Assembly: GCA_964646725.1 (NCBI GenBank) | Contig: CAZYFX010000002.1 | Span: forward strand, 1 to 37,315 | DNA from: an uncultured Oscillospiraceae bacterium | GTDB lineage: Bacteria > Bacillota > Clostridia > Oscillospirales > CAG-382 | Length of the DNA stretch: 37,315 nucleotides | Direction of reading: 5' to 3' | Shown here: positions 8,925 through 17,600 of the stretch, in pieces | Layout: each line of letters opens with the position of its first letter | Numbering within the stretch: position 1 is the first letter of the stretch | Notes under the pieces: model-generated | Seen by the model: the letters and a program-made list of their open reading frames with translations, nothing else | The model's database searches: none | Told to the model about the DNA's origin: nothing | Program-made: the position numbers and the translations under genes

Positions 8925-9950
8925 TTACGCTTCCGTAAACGGCACAGAGCGTGCGACCGTCAGACAGCGATACTCGTGTCCGTACAGCCGTTTTTCTTCT
9001 TCGGTTTGACACGGACGCACCGCACAGTAAAAGTGCCACAGCGCCCCGTCGTGATAAATGATGCAGGGCTTGTGTGCGTGTGTCGAATCAAGCTCTCCCG
9101 CTTTTCCGTAGGGAAGAATCGGTGTGGGACACTTTTCCCAATGAAGCATATCCTCGCTGATCGCCACGCCGTCCTGCGCGTGTGTGGCATCATCATCCAA
9201 GCCGCAATAGAACATGACCCACCGCTTGTTTCGACTGTCGTACAGAACATGCTGTCCGCAGGAGAAGCGACCGTCCCAGTGGTTGGGCGTTACACGAAGT
9301 ACGGGATTGTTTTCGTATCGTGTCCAACCGTGCAAGGAGTCGGAAAAAGCCACACCGACCTGCTCGTGCCAACAGCCGTCCACGCTCTCTTTGCCGTTGT
9401 AATAGAGGAGATAGCGCCCATCGTGCGGAACGATCCAGGTCGAATACAGCCCACCGCCGTCCCATTGGCCGCTCTGTCCCTTTTCGAACACCGGCGCTTC
9501 TTCGCAGTGCCATTCCAAAAGATTTTCGTCGGTTGTCCACGCAAGCCCGTTGGCGGCGGCTCCGACCTCATATCCGACGCCGGGATAGGCGTGATAGAAC
9601 ATTTGATACTTTCCGTCCTGCTTGATCAGTTCGCGGTTGCCGTATAAATCAATGTCGCAAAGCAAGGACGAAATCGCACGTCCGTTGGTGTCCCAGGGAC
9701 GCCCCGACCCGGCGTCCAGTACAACCCCCTTGCTTTCCCAGTGCAGTAAATCGTCCGACACGGCAAGCGCCGTGCGGTAGCCCTTTCCGTCAAAGCCGAT
9801 ATAGAAGCAATAAAAACGGCCGTTGTGGCGGCAAATGCGCATGTTATCGACACCGTAGCGATCGAAGGCACCGGGCTTTCCCGACGGTGCAAGAATCGGC
9901 TTTCCGTATTTGTAGGGAGTGAGATAATCGTTAAAGATGTTTGTATCCAT
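8925..9950 (-). CDS. Cytoplasmic five-bladed beta-propeller glycoside hydrolase/phosphorylase-like protein (GH130/GH43/GH32-clan-like)
   Basis: A blade-like motif recurs (DDLLHWESKGVVL, ENLLEWHCEEAPVF, DSLHGWTRYENNPVL, EDMLHWEKCPTPIL). No signal peptide. I moved the start to ATG 9950 (M32 of the track ORF) because GGAGG lies 9 nt upstream and the longer ORF would overlap the upstream gene. Confidence 0.55.
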   Translation of the reverse strand: MDTNIFNDYLTPYKYGKPILAPSGKPGAFDRYGVDNMRICRHNGRFYCFYIGFDGKGYRTALAVSDDLLHWESKGVVLDAGSGRPWDTNGRAISSLLCDIDLYGNRELIKQDGKYQMFYHAYPGVGYEVGAAANGLAWTTDENLLEWHCEEAPVFEKGQSGQWDGGGLYSTWIVPHDGRYLLYYNGKESVDGCWHEQVGVAFSDSLHGWTRYENNPVLRVTPNHWDGRFSCGQHVLYDSRNKRWVMFYCGLDDDATHAQDGVAISEDMLHWEKCPTPILPYGKAGELDSTHAHKPCIIYHDGALWHFYCAVRPCQTEEEKRLYGHEYRCLTVARSVPFTEA

Positions 9951-10008
9951 AGGTAGGTACCTCCGTATTGTTTCCGCAGTCGGCAAAGGGGGATTCCGCT
10001 CGGTGGGT

Positions 10009-10521
10009 TTATTGGTTTGGAAATTTAAAGTAAAGAAGTGCAAGTACGACGGATGACAGCGTGAAAATCTCGTTGATCATTCCGGCATATGAGATAACAT
10101 ATATGTCGTAGATCAAAAACATAACCGATATAAAAATCTGCAAAATGCGCGTTAAATGCGGTCGGCCGATCGAAAAGCCGATGACGGACAGGATTGATGC
10201 CAAAATCGGCAAAATGCTTAAAAAGCTTGTTCGTGTAAGGATCCCCGAAAGGATACTTAAGGCAACGAACAGCGCGAGCCACAAGTTGCTTTTTGCCCAT
10301 CTGTGCTTTCGGTTTAAAAATACGATTTCGCGCACGATGGATATGCCGCAGGTGGCCGCGCCGGCTTGTGCACCGAGCAGAGCGTAATGCAAAGTCCAGA
10401 CAATATCGGCGGAAAGCTTTGCAAAAAGCAGCTTTTCTCTGTCCCTTTGCCAAAATATAATGGTATTTGCCGCTATTCCCGCAACTCCGAAAAGAGTTGA
10501 TAATATCACCGAACAAGTCAT
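10009..10521 (-). CDS. YgjV-like inner membrane protein
   Basis: About 170 aa and multi-TM, with the pattern IFWQRDREKLLFAKLSADIVWTLHYALLGAQAGAATCGISIVREIVF typical of the Imp-YgjV family. ATG at 10521 overlaps the TGA of the upstream GH5-like gene (ATGA), suggesting translational coupling. Confidence 0.6.
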   Translation of the reverse strand: MTCSVILSTLFGVAGIAANTIIFWQRDREKLLFAKLSADIVWTLHYALLGAQAGAATCGISIVREIVFLNRKHRWAKSNLWLALFVALSILSGILTRTSFLSILPILASILSVIGFSIGRPHLTRILQIFISVMFLIYDIYVISYAGMINEIFTLSSVVLALLYFKFPNQ

Positions 10522-11615
10522 TTTCTTTTTGAATTCTCGTCCGACAAGGCGCAAAACCGTTTTATCAAATCCGTTTCCTTTGGGTTGTACGGATTATGGC
10601 TCGGACGGTAAAGGTCGTGAAGCCATTTGGTAAAATCAAAATGATCATAGCCCCTCGGATTTTCTTTGTAGCCGTCCCATATGCCGTTCCACGGTTCGTA
10701 GGTCTGGTATTTTCCCGCAACAAAGCCCCAATTGTAGCAGCCGATATTTTCCAGATAAAACAGCGGGAATAATTCTTCCACGGTATTTCCGCCGCAACGA
10801 TTCAGCCATTCGGTGTTGACGATCGGCCTGCCCTCCTTTTTGAGGGCTTTGATTTCGCGTATATTATCTTCATACGAGCCGTAATTGTGATAGGATATGA
10901 TGTCGGAATTTTCAAGCCCGTATTTTTCTATTTCCATTAAATTTTCGAGATTTACGTTTTGCGACCAGATGCCGACCGTGAGCGGCTGGATCGGATCGAT
11001 GCTTCGAATGATTTCGAAAAACATTTGCAAATGCGGAAACGACAGAGAGTCCCTTTTGGAATTTCCGGGTTCGTTGAAAACGTCCCAGATAACGATTCTT
11101 TCGTCGATCTTATAGGTTTCGACAATTTCTCTGACAAATTCATAGTATTTTTTCGCATATTCGGGCTCGTCAAGAAGAGAATAGCCGTGCCCGCCAAATT
11201 TCCCATGCTGTGAAATCTTTCTTCCGCCATGGTAACCAAGGTCGAATTTTTGCTCACCGAGTTCCATGCGCTTTAACGCTTCTTCATACGGCGGCATACA
11301 GTCGTTTCCCAAAACCACCATGCAAGATATGCCGTTTTGGGCAGCCAACGCAATGTATCTTTCGAAACGTTCCATGAATCCGTCGTGCTCTTTTTCCCAT
11401 ACGATAAATTCCGGAATGATTCTTATTGAATTATATCCGAGCTCCGCCATAAGAGCAAGCTCTTTTTTTGTGGTTTCGAAACGATCTTCGAATCCGTACT
11501 CCTGCCATTGGTCGATTCGGTTGGCGCAGTCTGCGCTCATATAGTTGCAGCCGCGTAACCACGGATGCGCGTTATACCATTCCCACGCTTTTTCTTTACT
11601 CCACCGTTTTTCCAT
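10518..11615 (-). CDS. Cytoplasmic GH5-like (clan GH-A) glycoside hydrolase
   Basis: Contains WDVFNEPGN (an NEP acid/base motif) and a later NTEW (candidate nucleophile Glu), with a TIM-barrel-like pattern (GYNSIRI...). No signal peptide. RBS AAGGAG lies 8 nt upstream of the ATG. Confidence 0.75.
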   Translation of the reverse strand: MEKRWSKEKAWEWYNAHPWLRGCNYMSADCANRIDQWQEYGFEDRFETTKKELALMAELGYNSIRIIPEFIVWEKEHDGFMERFERYIALAAQNGISCMVVLGNDCMPPYEEALKRMELGEQKFDLGYHGGRKISQHGKFGGHGYSLLDEPEYAKKYYEFVREIVETYKIDERIVIWDVFNEPGNSKRDSLSFPHLQMFFEIIRSIDPIQPLTVGIWSQNVNLENLMEIEKYGLENSDIISYHNYGSYEDNIREIKALKKEGRPIVNTEWLNRCGGNTVEELFPLFYLENIGCYNWGFVAGKYQTYEPWNGIWDGYKENPRGYDHFDFTKWLHDLYRPSHNPYNPKETDLIKRFCALSDENSKRK

Positions 11616-11667
11616 TTGTTTTGCTCCTTGTGTTTCATTTTCTCTATTTGAACCGTATTATGGGTTT

Positions 11668-11696
11668 ATTATAGCGTACAGGCTCTTTACATTCAA
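11668..11696 (-). promoter_or_regulatory. Sigma-A-type promoter for the GH5-like operon
   Basis: On the minus strand: TTGAAT (11696-11691), 17-nt spacer, TATAAT (11673-11668). Confidence 0.55.
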
Positions 11697-11714
11697 GCAA
11701 AAATGTGATATAAT
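11686..11714 (+). promoter_or_regulatory. Sigma-A-type promoter for the AraC regulator, back-to-back with the GH5 promoter
   Basis: TTTACA (11686-11691), 17-nt spacer ending in TGa (extended -10), TATAAT (11709-11714). Its -35 overlaps the -35 of the divergent promoter by one base. Confidence 0.6.
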
Positions 11715-11740
11715 TCATCCAAAAGGTTAGGTGAGGGAAT

Positions 11741-12514
11741 ATGTACTACCAAAAAGAAAACTTTAACGGCATCTATGATTTTCGCAGTCGTTTTCACAAT
11801 GGGTACATAATGGAAAGTCATATACACGAATATTGTGAAATTCTGTACTGCAAAAGCGGCTGCTGTGAAATTATCATAAACGGTAAGAAAATATATCTGA
11901 AAACGGGTGAATTTGTTTTCGTTCCGCCGAATTACATACACCAATACAATTGTACAGGCGTGGATGTGATTTGCGCCGTTTTTTCAAACGATTTCATCCC
12001 TTTGTTTATGCAGAGCATAAAAGAAAAAAAGCCGATTGTTACCAATCTTGAAGCAAACGAGCTGAAGGAAGTATTCGAACGGCTCCCCGACACGGATAAA
12101 AGCAACGGTGTTCTCCTAACAGCCTATTTGAATCTCATATGCGACAAAGTGCTTCGGCAAAGCCGTTTTGAGAAGGCTTCGGAAACGGACGGCGTTCTTT
12201 ACCAAAAAGTCATTTTTTATGTCGCGGCAAACTTCAAAAAGGATATTTCGTTGAATCAAATCGCAAAAGAATTCGGATACAACAAGAAATATTTATCTTC
12301 CGAAATCCATTCGCTTACGGGAATCCGTTTTTCCGACTTTATTGCCATGTACAGAATCGAATATGCAAAGGAGCTTTTAACAAAGGATAACGCGCTCTCC
12401 GTCACCGAAATTGCATTTAACTGCGGCTTTAAGGCCGTTAATACGTTTAATCGGCAATTCAAAAAAGCAACTGCGATGACACCGGCCGAATACAGAAAAA
12501 AGTATTCGATTTGA
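11741..12514 (+). CDS. AraC-family transcriptional regulator (cupin + HTH)
   Basis: N-terminal cupin-like region (HIHEYCEILYCKSGCCEIIINGK) and C-terminal AraC HTH (LNQIAKEFGYNKKYLSSEIHSLTGIRFSDFIAMYRIEYAKELL...IAFNCGFKAVNTFNRQFKKATAMTPAEYRK). Confidence 0.9.
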   Translation: MYYQKENFNGIYDFRSRFHNGYIMESHIHEYCEILYCKSGCCEIIINGKKIYLKTGEFVFVPPNYIHQYNCTGVDVICAVFSNDFIPLFMQSIKEKKPIVTNLEANELKEVFERLPDTDKSNGVLLTAYLNLICDKVLRQSRFEKASETDGVLYQKVIFYVAANFKKDISLNQIAKEFGYNKKYLSSEIHSLTGIRFSDFIAMYRIEYAKELLTKDNALSVTEIAFNCGFKAVNTFNRQFKKATAMTPAEYRKKYSI

Positions 12515-12537
12515 TCTTTTTATATCTATACGGACAG

Positions 12538-12595
12538 ATAAAATCCCCTTGACGCATCTTGCCTTTCGTTGGGCACAGCGTCGAGGGGATTCGTT
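12538..12595. terminator. Long hairpin between convergent genes (possible terminator)
   Basis: Arms of 12 nt, TCCCCTTGACGC (12544-12555) and GCGTCGAGGGGA (12578-12589), with one wobble/mismatch. TTTTAT follows on the minus strand. The 22-nt loop is long for a canonical terminator. Confidence 0.4.
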
Positions 12596-12621
12596 ACATA
12601 TTCAACGGATTTACAGTTCGC

Positions 12622-14472
12622 TTATTCCTTTGCCGTCGGCTTATCCGCCGTCAGCTTTTTGATCACGAGCAGTGTACCGATCATAAGCACGATCGCAATC
12701 GGCAGAGCGATGAAGACGTTCTGCACAAAGCCGGCAATGATGTAGCTCACGAACGAGACGGCCGCAACCGTCATAGCATACGGCAGCTGGGTCGAAACGT
12801 GATTGATATGGTTGCACTGCGCACCCGCCGACGCCATGATGGTGGTATCGGAGATGGGGGAGCAGTGATCGCCGCAAACGGCACCTGCCATGCAGGCGGA
12901 AATGGCAATGATGGTGATCTCACTGCCGAAGCCGTGGAAAGCCGAAATAACGATCGGGATGAGGATACCGAACGTGCCCCAGGAGGTACCGGTCGCAAAC
13001 GAGAGTCCGACGGCAATCAGGAAGATGATAGCCGGCAACAGATTCATGAAGGAAGCGGCCGAGGTGTTCACGATGTCGGCGATAAAGACCTTCGCGCCGA
13101 GGCTGTCGGTCATGCCCTTGAGCGTCCAGGCAAAGGTGAGGATCAAAATGGCCGGAACCATGGCCTTGAAGCCGTCGGCCAAACAACCCATGCAGTCGGT
13201 GAACTTAACGATACGACGGATGAGGAAGAAGTAGATCGCATCCAGTACCACGGCAACCAGCGAACCGAGTGCCAGACCGACCGAAGCGTCGCAGTTGGAG
13301 AAGGAGGCAACGAAGTCGTGATAATTGTCCGCGTCGGCCGCATTGAAGAAGCCGCCCGAATAGATCATGCCGATGATGCAGGCAATGATGAGGATCACGA
13401 CCGGGAGCACCAGATCGATTACCTTGCCCTTGGGATTGCCGTTTTCGGCGTCATCCGACTTGGCGGCGTCATCCTTGCCCGAGGTGAACAGATCGCCGTT
13501 TAAGCGGGCGTTCATTTCATGCAGCTTCATGGGGCCGTAGTCGAAATCGGCAATGGCGATCGTAAACATCATAACGATGGTCAAGAGAGCGTAGAAGTTG
13601 TAGGGGATCGCGCTGATGAACAGCTCGAAGCCGTTCATGCCGCTGCCCGAAGCAAAGCCGGCCACGGCGGCGGCCCACGACGAGATCGGAGCGATGATAC
13701 ACACGGGGGCGGCGGTCGCGTCGATCAGATAGGACAGCTTGGAGCGCGAAACACGCTTGGCATCCGTGACCGGGCGCATAACGCTTCCGACGGTCAGACA
13801 GTTGAAATAGTCATCCACAAAGATGAGGATACCCAAACAGATGGTACAAATTTGCGCACCGAGACGGCTCTTGATGTGCGTGCTTGCCCAGCGTCCGAAA
13901 GCAGCCGAGCCGCCCGCCTTGTTCATCATGCACACCAGCGCACCGAGAAGAACCAAGAAGATCAGAATACCGACGTTGTAGGAATCCGCAAGGCTGGCCA
14001 CAAAGCCGTCCTCCACGATATGTACGAGCGTTCCCTCAAAGGTGAAGTTGGAGTAAAGCAGACCGCCTACCAGCACACCGATGAACAGGGAAGAGTATAC
14101 CTCCTTGGTGATGAGCGCCAGTACGATGGCGATGACCGGCGGCAAGATCGCCCAGATGGAAGCGTAGCACGAGGTCACGTTTTCGCGAATGACCGCTACC
14201 GCGTCCTTGTAGTTGACCGCGACGTCGGGGTCGGTGTTGATGGCGGAATCGTAGTTGTCAATGTAGGCATTGGCAAGCTCCGTTAAGCTTTCGGAAGCGC
14301 TTTCCGCAAGCTCGGGCGCATAGTTCTCGATGGCGAACAGCGCAAAGCCCGGAAGCTCGTCCGAAGCGGCGTCTTGCTGCGGTGCCGGGGACGCCATACA
14401 AAAGAGATTGACGGCGCACATCAGACACAATACCACAGCGGCAAGGGTCATTAGACGTTTGGATTTGAACAT
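12622..14472 (-). CDS. NhaC-family Na+/H+ antiporter-like membrane transporter with an N-terminal extension
   Basis: Polytopic membrane protein with NhaC-like segments (..FATGTSWGTFGILIPIV.., ..SPISDTTIMAS..). The N-terminal ~100 aa form a signal-anchor plus extra segment. RBS GGAGG lies 7 nt upstream of the ATG. Confidence 0.8.
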   Translation of the reverse strand: MFKSKRLMTLAAVVLCLMCAVNLFCMASPAPQQDAASDELPGFALFAIENYAPELAESASESLTELANAYIDNYDSAINTDPDVAVNYKDAVAVIRENVTSCYASIWAILPPVIAIVLALITKEVYSSLFIGVLVGGLLYSNFTFEGTLVHIVEDGFVASLADSYNVGILIFLVLLGALVCMMNKAGGSAAFGRWASTHIKSRLGAQICTICLGILIFVDDYFNCLTVGSVMRPVTDAKRVSRSKLSYLIDATAAPVCIIAPISSWAAAVAGFASGSGMNGFELFISAIPYNFYALLTIVMMFTIAIADFDYGPMKLHEMNARLNGDLFTSGKDDAAKSDDAENGNPKGKVIDLVLPVVILIIACIIGMIYSGGFFNAADADNYHDFVASFSNCDASVGLALGSLVAVVLDAIYFFLIRRIVKFTDCMGCLADGFKAMVPAILILTFAWTLKGMTDSLGAKVFIADIVNTSAASFMNLLPAIIFLIAVGLSFATGTSWGTFGILIPIVISAFHGFGSEITIIAISACMAGAVCGDHCSPISDTTIMASAGAQCNHINHVSTQLPYAMTVAAVSFVSYIIAGFVQNVFIALPIAIVLMIGTLLVIKKLTADKPTAKE

Positions 14473-14597
14473 GACAGTTCCTCCTGTTATGGAATTTGTT
14501 GGTTAAATTATACACTTGTTTTTCAAAAACGTCAACGTTTTTTTGGCAAGTTTCACATTGTGTTAACAAAAAATGCAGCCAAATGGACTGCTTTCGA

Positions 14598-14632
14598 CAA
14601 AAAATCCCTGTGCACGGAAGCCGTACACAGGG
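14598..14632 (-). terminator. Rho-independent terminator of the 1468-aa surface protein gene
   Basis: On the minus strand: CCCTGTGTACGG-ctt-CCGTGCACAGGG followed by ATTTTTTG. It begins 9 nt after the stop codon. Confidence 0.75.
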
Positions 14633-14640
14633 AAATCTTT

Positions 14641-17600
14641 TTACGGAATCAGCTTGATGTAATCAATCTCGATGATACCGTTGGCATTGAATGGGTCGAA
14701 GCGCAGCTGCTCAAGCGTTCCCTTCCAATAGCCGTTGGAGGCCATGTTGATCGTCAGTGTCACAAATTCGTCGTTTGAAGTCTTGGCAACATTGTTGCCG
14801 ACGTATTTGGCCTGGTTCCAGTTCTCATCGTCCGTTGTGATAAAGTAGAATCCCAAAACATTGGAATCTATATCCGTAGACCAACGGCAGCGAATTTCGA
14901 TCTTGGAGTAATCCTCGCAGCTTAATCCCAGCTCTTTCGGCGACCACATCATCGGGTCGGGCTTGGACGCATCGTAGATGGAAAGGTTGAGCGTTCCGAT
15001 ACCGTAGGAGACGTTGTTGTAGGTCGTCCAACCGTTCTGTGAGCCGAGAACGTTGAAGTTCCATTCGCCGGGAGTGGTATCCTCTTCTTCGAAATATTCT
15101 TCAAACAAATCGGCCTCGGGGGTCGTGAAGTAGTAGTCGCGTCCGATCTTCTTATAGGTAAAGCCGAAGATGTCGGCCAACGACTGAAGCGGAAGCATGG
15201 GAATGTTGTCGATCTGGTAGACCTTACCGGGCAGCTTGTAGTCCGTGCCGTCTATGTCGGCCACATCCGAGCCCACCGTAAATGTCACGCACTTGCCGTC
15301 GCGGTAGAGCTTTAAGGTCTTGTCGTTGTAATCCCATTCGTGATAGGTGTACAGTAAGAAATTGATACAGCTCTTGCCGGGCTCGAACGGGAAGAAGCAG
15401 GTGCCGTTTGCGTCGGTCTGCGAACGGATGACGTTTTCGACTTTGTAATTGTTGATGTACAGCTCACTGTCCGCCGACGGAACAAACGTGATGGATTTGA
15501 TGGTAAAGGAAGTATTTTTCAAAGCCAGAGGATCTAAGCGGAGATAATTGATCTTACCCGTCCAACCGTTCACGGCGCTGACCTTGAAGTTAAACACCGT
15601 CTCATCGGTCGTGGTGGATGCAATGCGGATGGAGTTGGCTTCGCACAAATCGGGCGCGCCGTCGGTCTGATAGAAGAGCTGCATGTTCTGACCGACCGGG
15701 ATACCGCTGGCCACCACACGGATGCTGTCGATCTGATCGCAGGTGTAATTCGAATACAGACTGCTCTTGATGGCCATGATGGGATCGTCGCTCGTAAGGC
15801 TTGATTTGAATGTGGTGCCGCTGTCGCTCGTGCTGATACCGAGCGAACTGAAATCGGAAAGCGTTACATAATTCTTGTACGCATTCTTCACGGTGAACAT
15901 GTACGCGGGGATGGTGTAGAGCGTGATGGACTTAACGGTAAACTTCGTGTCGGTCGCATCCAACGGGTCAAGACGCAGTCCCGTGATCTTTCCGGTCCAG
16001 TTGACGTTGGAGCTCAAATCGAATGTATAGACCGCTTCGTCATCTGTTGTGGAAGTAATGCGTGCCGAGTTGCCCTCGCTCCAGTTGCCGGACGAGGATG
16101 TTTTAAAGAACAGCTGCATGGACTTTCCGGCGGGAATGCGTGCGATGACGCGAATGCTTTCCAGCTGTTCGCAGTATAGACCCGAATACAGGCTTTCCTT
16201 GAAATACAGGTTGGCATCGGGGTTGGTGGAGGAAGTGGTGAAGGTCGTTCCGTTTTTATCGGTCGTTGCGTTTTCCCCCGTCATGTTGCCGAGCGTTATA
16301 TAGTCACTGTAGGCGCCATCGACGGTGAAGTCGCATTCCGTTGCGGTGCGCGGCGTGGTCTTGGGAACCGTATAATCTCCGTAGGCGCGAAGCAGTCGGC
16401 GATCCTGCGGGTACAGATGGTTGATATGTGTCTTTTGCTCTGCGGTGGGTACGACATCGGTGTGGTCGCCGCCGTTTGTGTAGACCTCACGCAGTGCGTC
16501 CAGATAGCCGAAGCCGTTCAAGCCTTCGGACGGCATGATATACGTTCCTTCACCGTATTCGTTCCAGGTGGACAGCCATACGAAGTTGTGCGTCCAATCC
16601 GAATCGCTCGCATAGGTCGGGAGATAGGTGTCGCGTACCCATTCATGCGTCTTTTTGAAATCCGAAACGCTCATGATCGGGTAGCGTGTGCCGTGCCAGC
16701 CGATGCTGTTGAAGCCGACGCTGACGACCGGAATGACATAAACATCCTTGTTTTTCGCACGGTTCAAATTGCTGCTGACATTCACATCGTAGCTGTAGCC
16801 GCTCGTTCCCCAGTTGTAGGCGTTCCATGCGTCGATGCCGTATTGGGCAAGCGTATTCACACCGGTGTTGGAGGCGGTGATGATCATGCCGTCATAGCCT
16901 AAGGTCTTGACCTGCTCGCGCATATAGTCGAATTCGTCCTTAAGAGACTCACCGAACTCATTGATCAGCTTTTCAACGCCGAAAATACCGAAGACAAGCT
17001 TGTTGTCGATGGCCATGTAGCGCGGGTCGGAGAAGTAGTTTTCCATCCAATAGGGGACATAGTAGTTGCGGAAAGCGTCGCTGTCTGTCGGACGGGAGGC
17101 ATTGGAGGCTTCCCAGAGCAAGCAGAAGCTGACCTTGTCACCGTATTTGGAGTGCATGTAGGCATCGTCGAGCTGATCGCCGAGTCCCGTCGATTTCATG
17201 GGAGCTTTCGACTGGTTGGCGTACCAGCAAAAGGCCTGGAAGTCGATACCGTGTTCGGCCATGAATTTGTTTTCCCAGTCGGCGGTTTCCGGAAGACCCT
17301 CGTCGTAGTAGCCGAGGACGGGGGTGATATCGTCGTAGGGCGATACGCAGGCCCAACCGTAGTGGTCACCGTTGACCCACAGCGAGCAGATGTTCATACC
17401 GATGATGTAATCGTCCGCACCGTCGGGAATGACCGGTTCGGGCACATCGTAATCGACTAAGTTGTATACCTGGATATCGTCAAGCTTGAGCTCGGTCGCG
17501 CCGTTGTTCTCAAAGAGAATGCCGTCGAAGCTGTCGGCTTGCGCCAAGAACGGAACGGTTCCGATGACTTTACCGTTGACTTTGAAGTCGGCGCTTCCGG

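Noticed and set aside
8925-10043. Longer N-terminal extensions offered by the ORF track for several genes (8925-10043, 24634-25311, 27785-28729, 30207-30809, 30764-33121, 14641-19068, 35042-35593)
   Set aside because: In each case an internal ATG is preceded by a good GGAGG-type RBS at proper spacing. The extension is non-protein-like, starts at a TTG, or overlaps the neighbouring gene or promoter. I trimmed the starts accordingly.
12559-14286. Two long plus-strand ORFs (314 aa and 255 aa) opposite the NhaC-family transporter gene
   Set aside because: The translations are low-complexity D/E/R/G/N/H-rich strings, as expected from reading hydrophobic membrane-protein codons in antisense. They have no RBS and no family resemblance. 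The minus-strand transporter explains the region.
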